The notes under the pieces were generated by a model. That model searched no databases. It was not told the DNA's origin and saw nothing but the letters and a program-made list of their open reading frames with translations. This document shows, piece after piece, positions 1 to 10,928 of a DNA stretch of 64,000 bases; the stretch's first letter is position 1; each line of letters opens with the position of its first letter. Origin of the DNA: Trueperaceae bacterium (GTDB lineage: Bacteria > Deinococcota > Deinococci > Deinococcales > Trueperaceae); contig OZ243927.1 in the NCBI GenBank assembly GCA_965213925.1, forward strand, positions 2,976,001 through 3,040,000. Direction: 5' to 3'. The translations under genes and the position numbers were made by a program.

Positions 1-467
1 TAGGGAATCACGGGGATGAGGTGCGCGAGGACGATGCCGACGACACTTCCCGCGAGCCCAAGTTGGATGAATAAGACGAGCATCCCGAGACCGATGGCGA
101 TTTCTGGCACGATCAAGGGTGTGAGGAGAAAGAACTCTAACGCGCTTCGTCCCGGAAAGCGCTCGGTAGCGATGGCTCTTGCAGCGGGCAAGCAAAGCAG
201 TGACGCGAGGAGCGTCACGGCGAGGGCGATGCCCACCGTGTTGAGGAGCGCGTCCCCTGCATCCAGCGCCGAGGAGAAGACGAAGTCCCACGCCACCGGG
301 CGAAAGACCTCCCCGCGCACCTGCCACCACCACTCGCTCGGCAAGAGGTCCGGCCAGGTCCAGCGGAAGGAGACCGAGGCGATAAGGAGGGGCACGAAAG
401 GTCCCGCGAAGGCGAGCACCGCGAGGAAGAGGGTGAGGCGGCTTAGCGTGCTAGGTTTACTGCTCAT
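1..467 (-). CDS. ABC transporter permease (YnjC/PotC-like), 3' end runs off the window
   Basis: Minus-strand ATG at 467 gives hydrophobic MSSKPSTLSRLTLFLAVLAFAGPFVPLLIASVSFRWTWPDLLP; overlaps the stop of the upstream permease. Confidence 0.8.
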   Translation of the reverse strand, partial: MSSKPSTLSRLTLFLAVLAFAGPFVPLLIASVSFRWTWPDLLPSEWWWQVRGEVFRPVAWDFVFSSALDAGDALLNTVGIALAVTLLASLLCLPAARAIATERFPGRSALEFFLLTPLIVPEIAIGLGMLVLFIQLGLAGSVVGIVLAHLIPVIP

Positions 468-1380
468 CGGGCTCACTCACGCTGAAGCGGCGGTAGAGGA
501 GGAGGTAAAGGGTCAGGAGGAGGCTCGAGAAAGCGCTCACCACCACGATGATGGTTACGCCAAAGAGCCGCCGCGACACGTCCACGTCGTCAAAGGCTCG
601 CCACGCCATCACGGGCAGCGTGTTGGAACCTCCGCCGAGTAGAAACGGCACCTCGAACGAGCCGAAGTTAAAGGCGAAAACGATGAGCGTCGCCGCGAGA
701 ATGCCGGGCATCAAGCGGGGCAGCGTCACGAACCAAAAGGTTTGGCGCGGCGACGCCCCGGAGACCCGCGCCGCCGCCTCGATGTCGGGGTTTAAGCCCG
801 CTAGAACAGAAACTAGAATGAGCGTCTGAAAGGGAATCTGCTTCCAGAGGTAGACGAGCATGACGCCAATACCGCTCTCCGTGTAGAGGAGCCTGGGGAA
901 GTCCCGCGTGCTCTCGATGAATCCCAGCGCGAAGAGCGAACGCGCGACGAGCCCGCCGTTCGACCAGAGCAGCGCCGTGAGCGCGACGCCGACGAGATAC
1001 GGCACGACGAGCGGGAGTTTGTACAGGAAGCTCATCACGCCGCGCCCGGCGAAGTGACGGCGCAAGGAAAGCGCGAGGAAGATGCTTAGGACGGTGCCAA
1101 GCACGGTGGGGACGAGTGCGTAGTATAGCGTGAGCCAGAGACTTTGCCAGAACGTACTCGAGCCGAAAAGCTCGCGGTAGTAGCGCCCCGTCGGAAACTC
1201 GCGCACGCCGTAGATGGGCGCATAGCCAAGGCTCTGTGCAAGAGCGGCGAGTAGGGCTCCTAAGTAGAGAATGACAAGCACCAGCAGCACAGGCGCGAGC
1301 ATGAGCGTGAGGCGGAGACCTCTCCTCGTGAACCACGACTTGTTCGACTTCACTTGAAACGCTCCGCGCTGCTGGTCCAT
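457..1380 (-). CDS. ABC transporter permease (YnjC/PotB-like)
   Basis: Multiple TM helices; EAA loop EAAARVSGAS. Confidence 0.9.
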   Translation of the reverse strand: MDQQRGAFQVKSNKSWFTRRGLRLTLMLAPVLLVLVILYLGALLAALAQSLGYAPIYGVREFPTGRYYRELFGSSTFWQSLWLTLYYALVPTVLGTVLSIFLALSLRRHFAGRGVMSFLYKLPLVVPYLVGVALTALLWSNGGLVARSLFALGFIESTRDFPRLLYTESGIGVMLVYLWKQIPFQTLILVSVLAGLNPDIEAAARVSGASPRQTFWFVTLPRLMPGILAATLIVFAFNFGSFEVPFLLGGGSNTLPVMAWRAFDDVDVSRRLFGVTIIVVVSAFSSLLLTLYLLLYRRFSVSEPDEQ

Positions 1381-1400
1381 CCGCTACCCGTTCACCTTAT

Positions 1401-2759
1401 TTACTGACGCGCGTCGTAGGCGGCTTCGACTAGCTCGAGCACCGACGCTTCTGTTTCCTGCGCGATATACCCCTCCCACACCTCTTGGATAACTTCAATC
1501 AGCGTCGCGTTCGTGTCGGGCACTTCGTTAGCGGCGAGTTCTTCGAAAGTGAGCCCGCGCAAGCTGGGCGCAGCCGCTTCGACCTCGCTCTGCTGCTCCC
1601 CGCTCAGAAGCGGTACGTCCACGCCAGGAAAGTAGCCGAGTGCGCCCAACTTGCTGATGTGGCTCGCGGGGCTCGAGAGGACGTTCGCCAGCACCAACGC
1701 CGCCGCCGGGTTCGGCGCGGTACTCGGAATGGCGATGAAGCTCTTGTTCGCGAGCATGTTGCCCTCGGGGAAAACGATGTTCTCTATCGTCTCGGGAAAG
1801 CGCCCGTTTTGCACGCCCACCGCCGCCGTGAACGCGCCCATCTGACAGAGCATGTCTACCTCACCGTTGATCAAGAACGCCTCGTTCGCCGCCTGGTTTT
1901 CCGGGTAGATAGGGTTGCCGCGCACGCCCTCTTGTCCGCTGCCGCCGAGCAAGAAGGGCCCTATGCGCTTCAAGTATTCGAAGCCCGGCGTGATGAGCGC
2001 CGCAAATTCTTCGGGCGTGTAGGCGTCCAGCGGTTCTAAAAACGCGGTGGCGTCCTCTGGGCTCGAGGCGTAGAGAACGCTCTGCACGAACGTATTGCCG
2101 ATGTAGTCGGGCGGACGCACGTAGGTGAAGCGACCTGGGTTGTTCTGTAAAAAGGTCTCGAGTTCCTCTAACGTGTTCGGCGCGTCCTCACGGGAAAGCC
2201 GCGCCGTGTCCACCATACACGTATACTGAAACTGCGCCCAGGGCACCTCTCTGAGTTCGGTAGGGAAGCCGTTGTCACGCCGATTGATGAGCGCCTTGGG
2301 GTCATCTTCTTCTAGGTAAAAATACTGCGAGTTCGGCAACTTGTCCGCGAACGCGCCGAAGAGCAAGTCTTGTGTCGCTAAGGTGAGGAAGTTCTCGCCG
2401 TTAATCCAGATGGCGTCCACCGTACCCTCACCGAGACCGCTGCCGGTTGCTTCGTCCGCCAACACCTGGTCTACGGCGTCGCGGGTATCGGGGACGCGGG
2501 AGGTCTCCAAGGTAATGCCCAGCTCCGCCATCGCCGGGACGACCTCTTGCTCCACCCAGAAGTTCAGCTCGTCCGAGCCGCCCCAGTGGAACCAGCGGAC
2601 CTCGCCCTCCTCCTGCGCCCGCGCGACGACCTCGTCCCAGCGCAACTCGCCCGCTAAAAACGCTTCGCGAAACGCTTCCGCGTCACTGCTTTGTGCTAAA
2701 GCGCAACTCGCCAAAGAGGTTGTAACGGTAATAACCAACCCTAAAATAAAACGCATCAT
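1401..2759 (-). CDS. ABC transporter substrate-binding protein, YnjB-like
   Basis: Signal peptide; WGGS, DAIWINGENF and NPGRFTY motifs. Confidence 0.85.
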   Translation of the reverse strand: MMRFILGLVITVTTSLASCALAQSSDAEAFREAFLAGELRWDEVVARAQEEGEVRWFHWGGSDELNFWVEQEVVPAMAELGITLETSRVPDTRDAVDQVLADEATGSGLGEGTVDAIWINGENFLTLATQDLLFGAFADKLPNSQYFYLEEDDPKALINRRDNGFPTELREVPWAQFQYTCMVDTARLSREDAPNTLEELETFLQNNPGRFTYVRPPDYIGNTFVQSVLYASSPEDATAFLEPLDAYTPEEFAALITPGFEYLKRIGPFLLGGSGQEGVRGNPIYPENQAANEAFLINGEVDMLCQMGAFTAAVGVQNGRFPETIENIVFPEGNMLANKSFIAIPSTAPNPAAALVLANVLSSPASHISKLGALGYFPGVDVPLLSGEQQSEVEAAAPSLRGLTFEELAANEVPDTNATLIEVIQEVWEGYIAQETEASVLELVEAAYDARQ

Positions 2760-2767
2760 TTCTCCTT

Positions 2768-3898
2768 TTACGCCGCCAACTCCGCCGAAGTCGTGCGCGC
2801 CGCTCCATCTTTTGCGCCACTATCTTCTACGTCGTCTTCTTCTAGTGGCAGGACCCAAAGACGCTCAGTGGGTAGCGAGACGCTGACGTGCTCACCCACC
2901 GCGAACGCCGCCCCCCCGCCCAGGTGCGCGACGAGGGTTTCGGGTTCAGCTTGCTCGTCATTCCCTCGAGGGTAGACCGCGACCTCATAACGTGTGACGC
3001 CGCCACGGTAAACGGCTTTGGTGACGTGTCCGGTGATCGGTCCACCGCTTCGGCGCAGCTCGACGTATTCAGGACGAATCACCGCGGTGACTTCGCCACT
3101 TTGATACGGCGTTGACGGAAGGGTGACTCGCCCTAGCTTCGTCACTAGATGCTCGCCCTCGAGCCTGCCCGTCAGGAGGTTCGTTCCGCCCATAAACTGG
3201 GCGACTTGGGCGCTCGCCGGACGCTCGAAGACCGCTTGCGGCGTGCCGAGTTGCGCCACTTCGCCTTCAAACATCACGCCGAGCACGTCGGCGAGTTCTA
3301 GCGCCTCCATCTGGTCGTGGGTGACGAAAAGCGTGGTGATGCCCAAGTTGCCTTGTAAGTCGCGCACCAGCTCGCGCATCTCCTCGCGCAAGCCAGCGTC
3401 TAGGCTCGAGAAGGGCTCGTCCATCAGCAGCAGCTTGGGCTCCGTTACCACGGCGCGCGCAATCGCCACGCGCTGCTGCTGTCCGCCCGAAAGCTGACGC
3501 GGTTTTCTCCCTTCGAAGCCTGTAAGCTGCACCGCCGCTAACGCTTCCCCTACTCGGCGCTCGACCTCTCGGCGAGACACGCCGCGCATCTTGAGCCCGA
3601 AGCCCACGTTCGCCGCGACGTTTAGATGAGGAAAGAGCGTCGGGCGCTGAAAGACCATGCCGATGTCGCGCTTCTCGGGCGGTAAGTGGGCGACGTTTTG
3701 ACCGCTCAGCTTAATCTCGCCCGCGTCCGGCTCCAAAAGCCCCGCGACGAGCCGCAAGAGCGTCGTTTTCCCGCACCCCGACGGACCCAAAAGCGCCAAG
3801 AGCTGACCCGGCGCGACCTCTAAGGAAACCCCTTTGAGCGCGCGCACGTCGCCGTAAACCTTGCTGAGCCCTCGTAAGCTGAGCGCTGCTAAACTCAT
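2768..3898 (-). CDS. ABC transporter ATP-binding protein (PotA/FbpC-like, TOBE tail)
   Basis: GPSGCGKT, LSGGQQQ, LLMDEPF. Confidence 0.93.
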   Translation of the reverse strand: MSLAALSLRGLSKVYGDVRALKGVSLEVAPGQLLALLGPSGCGKTTLLRLVAGLLEPDAGEIKLSGQNVAHLPPEKRDIGMVFQRPTLFPHLNVAANVGFGLKMRGVSRREVERRVGEALAAVQLTGFEGRKPRQLSGGQQQRVAIARAVVTEPKLLLMDEPFSSLDAGLREEMRELVRDLQGNLGITTLFVTHDQMEALELADVLGVMFEGEVAQLGTPQAVFERPASAQVAQFMGGTNLLTGRLEGEHLVTKLGRVTLPSTPYQSGEVTAVIRPEYVELRRSGGPITGHVTKAVYRGGVTRYEVAVYPRGNDEQAEPETLVAHLGGGAAFAVGEHVSVSLPTERLWVLPLEEDDVEDSGAKDGAARTTSAELAA

Positions 3899-4010
3899 CC
3901 CTTGGGGTCCATTCTTAGAAATCTTGCCATCATCTCGAGTCTACAGACCGCGCTACCCGTGCGTCGTCCTAAGCTGACTAGCATTAGGTGCAAGAACGTG
4001 GTAGGTGCCG

Positions 4011-4652
4011 CTACCCAAGCTCCTCAGCGAGTTGCGGGTTGAGGATGTAGAAGGAGAGCCGCTGTAAACCCGTCAAGAAGTCCATGCGCTCGACGTGGAC
4101 CTCGCTCGGCACGCTGAGCATGAAGGGCGTGAAGTTGAGAATACCGCGCACGCCTGCACGTACGATATCGTCGGCGGCGTCTTGCGCGGTCTGCGAGGGC
4201 GTGCATAGGAGCGCCATATCGACACCCTTTTCTTGAACGACGCGAGATAACTCGCTCATCGGCTGCACCTCTAAGTCACCGAAGCGCTGACCGATGACGT
4301 TCGGGCTGATGTCAAAGACGCCCTTGAATTGGAACGAGTAGTCGCCGATATGAGGGTCGTCAACAATAGCCTGACCCAAGCGACCCATGCCGACAATCAC
4401 GACGCTCCACACCCTGGTTAAACCCAGGATGCGGCGCAACTCGCGGCGCAGCGTCGGCACAGTGTAGCCCGCGCCGCGCGTGCCGAAGCGCCCGAAATAC
4501 GCTAAATCTTTACGAACCTGAAACGCCGTGCTCTGCGCCTCGTCCGCTAAGTAGTCCGATGAGGTCGTCTTCACGCCTGACGCCTCGAGCCCCTCTAAGG
4601 TGCGCAGATAGAGAACCAGGCGGCTAATGGTGGCCGTCGGAATTGTGCTCAT
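4011..4652 (-). CDS. rex: Redox-sensing transcriptional repressor Rex
   Basis: QVRKDLAYFG..G.RG.GY winged helix; GMGRLG Rossmann motif; GILNF. Confidence 0.96.
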   Translation of the reverse strand: MSTIPTATISRLVLYLRTLEGLEASGVKTTSSDYLADEAQSTAFQVRKDLAYFGRFGTRGAGYTVPTLRRELRRILGLTRVWSVVIVGMGRLGQAIVDDPHIGDYSFQFKGVFDISPNVIGQRFGDLEVQPMSELSRVVQEKGVDMALLCTPSQTAQDAADDIVRAGVRGILNFTPFMLSVPSEVHVERMDFLTGLQRLSFYILNPQLAEELG

Positions 4653-4681
4653 AGTCCCTCCACGAGACCGTTATACCACAT

Positions 4682-4699
4682 AAGCGAAAACATTCACAT
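4682..4699. promoter_or_regulatory. Possible Rex operator (autoregulation)
   Basis: AAGCGAA-AACA-TTCACAT matches 10/14 positions of TTGTGAA-N4-TTCACAA, 30 nt upstream of rex. Confidence 0.45.
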
Positions 4700-5022
4700 T
4701 TTATCCTGTCTTACATTTTTACGCGGTGCTGCCGGCTTCTAAAAGGAGGTGAATCGGTCTCAAATATACCGGAGAGATTGAGTAGACATCGCACAGCGCT
4801 CGCACTCAAAACGCGGGACACCCTGTAAGAAATTGTGTAATGAAGACAATAAAAAACTTTGAGAGGACCTCCACCGGGGGGGCAGCGGGTGTGGAGATTC
4901 AACCCTCAAAGTTGAAATAAGTATACACATACCTGGTGCGGTTTGTAAACCCCCTCTTACACGCTTTAGCCGCGTCGCCTCTATCCTCACGCTTACTACA
5001 CTGTCAGTTGAAAAATGGATCA

Positions 5023-5171
5023 TGTCATTCTGAACGGAACGGTAGTGTAGTGAAGAATCTCTGACCTTGCTGACTCCTCTGATTGAGACTGAGAGTTACG
5101 AAGTTTTGGCACAGCCAATTACAGAGTTTTAGCATAGCTAAACGAGACCCTTCAACAAGCTCAAGGTGACA
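5023..5171. repeat. Inverted pair of TGTCA-type REP-like palindromes
   Basis: TGTCATTCTGAAC..GTGAAGAATCTC (5023-5061) and GAGACCCTTCAACAAGCTCAAGGTGACA (5144-5171) have complementary ends. Confidence 0.6.
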
Positions 5172-5367
5172 AGTGTGTCGCCAAATCTTTTACAGCGTAA
5201 GGTCTTAATGCTGCGTTTTGCGGTCGGGCTCGAGGCTGAGTCTAACTCCGACTCCGCGCTATACGAAACCCCACACGAAGCGCGCTAATCTTCCGGACGC
5301 CCTTCTTATGAAACACCTCATAGACGCTCCTCTTTATATCCTCTACGATGCGCGCTAGGAGGCAATT

Positions 5368-5724
5368 TTGAAGCGTCTAATCTCTCTACTCGCTCTCACG
5401 AGCACCCTAATTTTAAGCGCCTGCGATCCGGCGGTTCGGGTTGAAAACAACGTCTTACCGACCCTCTACTCGACCAGCGTGCCGCAAACCCAAGGCGAAC
5501 CCTTGGTCTTACAAGGACGCTACTTCGGCGACGGCGGCGAGAACGCCGAGAGCTACGTCATCTTGGGAGCCGACATCAGCGGTCAGGGCGGCGTCGTCGT
5601 CAGGCCCGACGACTGGAGCCCTAAGCGTATCCGCGTGAACGTACCCGAAGGCGCAGGTGCAGGCTTCGTGTTCGTCGTGACGCGGGGTGTGCGCAGCAAC
5701 GGTCTGCCCGCGAACCTTCCCTAA
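5368..5724 (+). CDS. Small lipoprotein with IPT/TIG-like domain
   Basis: AGGAGG RBS, TTG start, lipobox LSAC, L.G.YFG and WS..RI.V.VP motifs. Confidence 0.75.
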   Translation: MKRLISLLALTSTLILSACDPAVRVENNVLPTLYSTSVPQTQGEPLVLQGRYFGDGGENAESYVILGADISGQGGVVVRPDDWSPKRIRVNVPEGAGAGFVFVVTRGVRSNGLPANLP

Positions 5725-5752
5725 AACCGACCTACATTACGTTAAACTAGTG

Positions 5753-5789
5753 AAGAAGAGGTGGTGAGAGCCGCCTCTTCTTTTATTTT
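5753..5789 (+). terminator. Rho-independent terminator
   Basis: AAGAAGAGGTGGT/GCCGCCTCTTCTT stem followed by a T-rich tail. Confidence 0.75.
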
Positions 5790-5848
5790 GCAATGTTTGC
5801 GTAGTGAACGCCTGAGGACGAGGGAGCTAGGTGTTAGACTCAACTCTT

Positions 5849-7099
5849 ATGAACTTCCAGACCGCCAGAGGCACCTTTGACATTCTACCCGAGGACCAAC
5901 CTCGTTATAGAGCGCTTTATAGCGCCGCCGAGCGGGTGCTCGGCAGCGCAGGCGTCCAGGAAATCGCTACGCCTATCTTTGAATACACGGAAGTCTTCAC
6001 TAAATCGGTCGGCGCGTCGTCTGACCTCGTGGTGCAAAAAGAGATGTACACCTTTGAGAAGGGCGAGCGCTCGCTCACCTTGCGCCCCGAATTCACGGCG
6101 GGCGTCCTGCGCGCTTATATCGAAAATGGGCTCTCCAGCCGCCGCTCGCCCGTCAAACTGTGGAGCAAGGGTCCGGTCTTTCGCGCCGAGCGCCCCCAAC
6201 GCGGCAGGTTTCATCAATTTCACCAGGTCAACTGTGAATTTTTGGGATTAGATACGCCTCTAATTGACGCCGAGGCAATTGCACTTCTCTACACGACTCT
6301 TCAGGAATACGGCCTTCACGAACTGCGCGTCAAACTCGGCTCGGTGGGTGACCCTGAAGATAGGGAGCGCTACAACGACTACCTGCGAGATGAACTGAAC
6401 ACCGCGGACCTCTCCGAGACCTCTAAAGAGCGCTTGCGCCTCAACCCGATGCGCATTCTTGACTCTAAAGATGAGGATGATAAGACGATCATTCAGGACT
6501 TGAAGCGTCCGCTAGACTTTCTCAACGAAGACGCTGCCGCGCACTTTGACGCGGTCAAGCGCTATTTGGATGCTTGGAACATTCCCTTCGACATAGACGA
6601 CAGCATCGTGCGTGGGCTCGACTACTACCGCCGCACCGCCTTTGAGATTCATCACGGGCGCATCGGCGCACAGTCCGCGCTTTGCGGAGGCGGACGCTAC
6701 GATGGCTTAGTCGAGAGCATGGGCGGACCTAAAACGCCCGGTATTGGCTGGGCGTTCGGCGCGGAGCGCGTGTTAGACGCCATGAACGAAGAGAACGTCG
6801 CCCTCCCAGGCGCACCGCGTCCTGCGCTCTTTCTCGTGCCGATGGATGAACTTGCTATAGAAGAGGTCGCCCGAACAGCGCTGATGCTCCGCCCTACCTT
6901 CTGGGTCGAACATGCGTATACTAAGCGCAATCCCGGCAAGGGGCTTAAAGAGGCAGACCGCGCCGGGGCACACTACGCCGCTCTGCGCGGCTCCAAAGAG
7001 CGGCAAGAAGGGGTTTACGGGGTGAAGCACTTGGAATCGGGCGAGCAAACGCAGGTGCCAGAAGATGAACTCGAGGCATTTCTAAAAACGCATACCTAA
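5849..7099 (+). CDS. hisS: Histidine--tRNA ligase
   Basis: LRPEFTA, FRAERPQRGRFHQFHQ, RGLDYY, GGRYD. Confidence 0.97.
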   Translation: MNFQTARGTFDILPEDQPRYRALYSAAERVLGSAGVQEIATPIFEYTEVFTKSVGASSDLVVQKEMYTFEKGERSLTLRPEFTAGVLRAYIENGLSSRRSPVKLWSKGPVFRAERPQRGRFHQFHQVNCEFLGLDTPLIDAEAIALLYTTLQEYGLHELRVKLGSVGDPEDRERYNDYLRDELNTADLSETSKERLRLNPMRILDSKDEDDKTIIQDLKRPLDFLNEDAAAHFDAVKRYLDAWNIPFDIDDSIVRGLDYYRRTAFEIHHGRIGAQSALCGGGRYDGLVESMGGPKTPGIGWAFGAERVLDAMNEENVALPGAPRPALFLVPMDELAIEEVARTALMLRPTFWVEHAYTKRNPGKGLKEADRAGAHYAALRGSKERQEGVYGVKHLESGEQTQVPEDELEAFLKTHT

Positions 7100-7125
7100 A
7101 AGCAGACAGAGGTTACTGAGGACTT

Positions 7126-8931
7126 ATGAAACGAACACATATCTGCGGCGAACTGCGCCCTAAACACGATGGACAAGAGGTCACGCTTCAAGGTTGGGTC
7201 AACCGCATTCGCGATAAAAAAGTTATCTTTATTATTCTTCGTGACAGAAGCGGTTTGGTTCAAGTCGTTACTGAGCCAGGGCAAGCGGCATTTGAAAAGG
7301 CCAAGTCTTTACGTAGTGAATACATCGTTGAGGTATCAGGAAAGGTCCATTTACGTTCAGAGGGAGACCGCACTGACACGATTTCCACAGGTGACATAGA
7401 AGTCGTAGCCGACAGCATAACCATCCTCTCCGAAGCGAAAACGCCTCCTTTTCAAGTGGACGGGAGCGTGAACGCTTCTGAGGTGAACGAAGAACTGCGT
7501 TTAAAGCATCGCTACCTCGACCTGCGCCGCCCCGAGGCGCTGAACCCGCTCGTCTTGCGCCACAAAGTTTCTAAAGCGATTTGGGACTATCTAGATGGTC
7601 AGGGCTTTTTGCAGATCGAGACGCCACTTTTGACCCTCTCCACCCCGGAGGGCGCACGCGACTTCGTCGTTCCGGCGCGGCAACAAGCGGGCAGCTTCTA
7701 CGCGCTGCCACAGTCGCCGCAGCTCTTCAAGCAGATGCTGATGATGGCGGGCGCGGAGCGCTACTTTCAGATTGCGCGCTGCTTCCGCGACGAGGATTTG
7801 CGCGCCGACCGCCAGCCGGACTTCACACAGCTCGACCTCGAGATGTCGTTTGTAGACCAAGAGGATATTTTGGCGCTTAACGAGGCGCTCATGACGCATG
7901 TCGTCAAAGCCGCGACGGGGCGCGATATTGCGACGCCCTTTCCGCGCCTAACCTACCAGGACGCCATGAACCGCTACGGCTCGGACAAGCCCGACGTGCG
8001 CTTTGGCTTAGAGATGACGGACGTATCCGACCTCTTCACGGGCACCGAGTTCCGCGGCTTCGCCTCTGCTCTGGACTCGGGCGGCGCGATCAAGGTGCTC
8101 GCCGTACAGGGGGAGCAGTCGCAAGGCTTGAGCCGCAAAGTTTTGGGCGAGTTGGAAAGTCAAGCGAAGACCTACGGCGCAAAAGGTATGGCGTGGGTCA
8201 AGCGTAGCGGCGACGGAGTAAGTGGACCGGTTGCCAAGTTTTTGTCTGAGCAGGAGGTCACTAACCTCTTAGAGTATATTCCCGACGAAAACGACACCCT
8301 CCTCCTCGTTGCCGATACCTGGCGCACGGCCTGCGAAGCGCTCGGCGCGGTGCGGCTCAAGTTAGGGCGTGACCTGGGCTTGATGGGAGGTGGAGGGCTC
8401 GAGTTCCTCTGGGTGGTGGACTTTCCCCTTTTGGAGAGAGACGACGCAGCAGAGGGCGGGGGCGGCTACACCTACATGCACCACCCCTTTACTCGACCGC
8501 ACGAAGAGGATTTAGAACGCTTAGAGAGCGACCCCGCCAGCGTCCGCGCTTGGGCGTACGACCTCGTCTTGAACGGCTCGGAGATCGGCGGCGGCTCGCT
8601 CCGTATCCACCGTTTAGAGACGCAAAAGCGCATGTTCAAAGCGTTGGGCTTTTCTGAAGAGGAGGCGCAGGCTCGTTTCGGTTTCTTCTTGGACGCGCTC
8701 GCGTACGGCGCGCCGCCGCATGGCGGCATCGCTTGGGGCTTAGACCGCCTGGTGATGCTCTTAGCGGGCGCTGCTAGTTTGCGCGACGTGATTGCGTTTC
8801 CCAAAAATCAGCGCGGCGCGGACCCCTTGACGGGCGCACCTGCCGCACTCGATGAGGTACAACTCGGTGAACTCTTTTTGCGCGTACTGGATAGAAACGA
8901 ACAAGAAGGCGTAGACAAGGAGCCCGCATGA
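7126..8931 (+). CDS. aspS: Aspartate--tRNA ligase
   Basis: [46 protein letters not shown]. Confidence 0.97.
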   Translation: MKRTHICGELRPKHDGQEVTLQGWVNRIRDKKVIFIILRDRSGLVQVVTEPGQAAFEKAKSLRSEYIVEVSGKVHLRSEGDRTDTISTGDIEVVADSITILSEAKTPPFQVDGSVNASEVNEELRLKHRYLDLRRPEALNPLVLRHKVSKAIWDYLDGQGFLQIETPLLTLSTPEGARDFVVPARQQAGSFYALPQSPQLFKQMLMMAGAERYFQIARCFRDEDLRADRQPDFTQLDLEMSFVDQEDILALNEALMTHVVKAATGRDIATPFPRLTYQDAMNRYGSDKPDVRFGLEMTDVSDLFTGTEFRGFASALDSGGAIKVLAVQGEQSQGLSRKVLGELESQAKTYGAKGMAWVKRSGDGVSGPVAKFLSEQEVTNLLEYIPDENDTLLLVADTWRTACEALGAVRLKLGRDLGLMGGGGLEFLWVVDFPLLERDDAAEGGGGYTYMHHPFTRPHEEDLERLESDPASVRAWAYDLVLNGSEIGGGSLRIHRLETQKRMFKALGFSEEEAQARFGFFLDALAYGAPPHGGIAWGLDRLVMLLAGAASLRDVIAFPKNQRGADPLTGAPAALDEVQLGELFLRVLDRNEQEGVDKEPA

Positions 8932-9734
8932 TTCCGCTCATCCTCCTAGATATAGACGGCACGCTCATCGGGTCGTCCGGCACGGTCAAAGACTGCGTGT
9001 GGGACGCTGCGGGTAAGGTGCGCGAAGCGGGCGTCCGGCTGGCGGTCTGCACGGGTCGTCCTTGTGGCGGCGTGGCGCAGAAGGTGGCGGCGCGGCTCGG
9101 TCCCTCGACGCCGCACATCTTTCAGAGCGGCGCGCTCATCACCTACCCCGACGGCGAAGCGGTGCAGGTCTACGCGCTGAAAGACGCCAACACAGAGCGT
9201 CTCGTCGAGCACGCCCGTGACCACAGCCTCACCTTAGAGCTTTACTCGCCCAACGCGCTCTTCGTCGAGCGCAAAACGCCCTTGAGCGAAGCGCACGCTA
9301 AGATGCTCGGCATGAGCGCCATCGTGCGCGACCTGATTGACGTGATGGAGAACGAGCCCGTGGTGCGGGCGCAGTGGGTCGTCTCGGGAGAGCAAGCCTC
9401 CACTGCGATGTCTTTGGAGTTGGAGACCGCCCAGTTCAGCCGCGCCACCTCGCCCGCACAGCCTGACACCTTTTTTATCAGCGTGACCCAAAAGGGCGTT
9501 TCGAAGGGGACGGCGGCGCGGCGGCTCGCTGAAGACCTCAAGGTGAATCTGGCGAACGTCATGGGCGTCGGGGACACTTCGGGGGACGCGCCGATGCTGG
9601 ATGTCGTCGGGCATCCTTTTATCATGGGCGGCGCGTCGGACGACCTCAAGGAGAAGTACGCGGTCTTGGATGATGTCGAGGCGTGCGGTGTGGTGGCGGC
9701 GCTGGAAAAGGCGCTCCAACTACCCGTAGCTTAG
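8928..9734 (+). CDS. Cof-type HAD hydrolase
   Basis: DIDGTL, CTGR, SKG and GD...D motifs. Confidence 0.9.
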   Translation: MIPLILLDIDGTLIGSSGTVKDCVWDAAGKVREAGVRLAVCTGRPCGGVAQKVAARLGPSTPHIFQSGALITYPDGEAVQVYALKDANTERLVEHARDHSLTLELYSPNALFVERKTPLSEAHAKMLGMSAIVRDLIDVMENEPVVRAQWVVSGEQASTAMSLELETAQFSRATSPAQPDTFFISVTQKGVSKGTAARRLAEDLKVNLANVMGVGDTSGDAPMLDVVGHPFIMGGASDDLKEKYAVLDDVEACGVVAALEKALQLPVA

Positions 9735-9905
9735 TGATGGGCAAGGCTCGAGCCACATTATGAGCGTACAAGCGTCGGCACAGCCTTTCACACCGGATTC
9801 TGCACATTGAGATGTCGAGCTTGACCAACTGATGCGCCCTCCACAATCCGATGCACCTAAACTCTGGGATGGGCTCGAGCTTTGTCGGCGAGCGCCACAC
9901 TAGCC

Positions 9906-10928
9906 ATGTCGCGCCGCGTCGTCCTCGCCCTCCTCTCTTCGCTCCTGCTGAGCGCCTTAGGCGTCGCACTCGTTATCGCGCTCACGGGCGAACGCGAAAG
10001 TTTAGCCCAACTCGGCTCGCTGAGCGCTCAGGCACTTCTCTCAGGACTCGGGCTGCTCGCGCTTCATTACCTTTCTGGCGGCGTACGCCTCGCTCTCCTA
10101 GCGCGGCTCTGCGGCGCGCCCGTTTCCGTCTGGCGCGGCGCGCGGGCGTTCATCTTAGGGCTCTTTTGCGCCGCGGTGACGCCGAGCGGCGGCGGCAACG
10201 CGCCCGCCATTGCGCTCTCCTTGCGACGTGACAAAGTGCCTAGTTCGCTCGCGTGGGCGCTCACCCTCTACACGAGCGTACTCGACTTGCTCTTTTTCGC
10301 GTGGGCCGTTCCCGTTGCGGCGTTCGTCCTCTACGTAGAAGGGTATCTGTCTCCGCTTCTACTCGGGGTAAGCCTCTTTTTCGCGCCGCTCTGTCTGCTG
10401 CTCTGGTACGGCCTCTCCTTCCAACTCGGACGGTTAAGGCGCACCCTCTTAGCCCTCTTCGCGTTGCCCTTTTTGAGGCGGTGGCAGCGCACGGCGGGGC
10501 GTTTTTTAGAACAGTTCGACGCCACCGCGCAGTTCATCGCGCGGCAACCTCTGGCGAATCAACTCTATTTACAGAGCGCGACGACCGCGCTGCACGGGAC
10601 GCTCTACGCGATCTTTTACGCGGTGGCGAGAGACTTAGGCTTGGACGTCACGCTGGGCGAAACGCTCGCGCTGCTCCTGCTCGTATCCATCACCTCGTAC
10701 GTCGTGCCGACACCGGGCTCGAGCGGCTACTTAGAGGTCGCTCTCACCTACGCCTTCGCCCAGAACGCAGACACCGCGCTCGTCATCCCCGCCGTGCTCG
10801 CTTGGCGCGGCATTAGCTTCTACCTCTCAATTGTCGTAGGCGCGCTCTTGGGGGGCGGCATCCTCGTTAGAGAGGTCTCGAGCGTCAAGGAAGCCGAAGA
10901 AGCAACCGAAGAGACCCGGCGGACGTGA
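9906..10928 (+). CDS. Lysylphosphatidylglycerol synthase TM/flippase-like membrane protein
   Basis: VTPSGGG, PTPGSSG..E and WR.ISFY motifs; many TM helices. Confidence 0.85.
   Translation: MSRRVVLALLSSLLLSALGVALVIALTGERESLAQLGSLSAQALLSGLGLLALHYLSGGVRLALLARLCGAPVSVWRGARAFILGLFCAAVTPSGGGNAPAIALSLRRDKVPSSLAWALTLYTSVLDLLFFAWAVPVAAFVLYVEGYLSPLLLGVSLFFAPLCLLLWYGLSFQLGRLRRTLLALFALPFLRRWQRTAGRFLEQFDATAQFIARQPLANQLYLQSATTALHGTLYAIFYAVARDLGLDVTLGETLALLLLVSITSYVVPTPGSSGYLEVALTYAFAQNADTALVIPAVLAWRGISFYLSIVVGALLGGGILVREVSSVKEAEEATEETRRT

Noticed and set aside
4711..5023. Small ORFs upstream of rex
   Set aside because: No recognisable motifs or RBS; AT-rich regulatory DNA.
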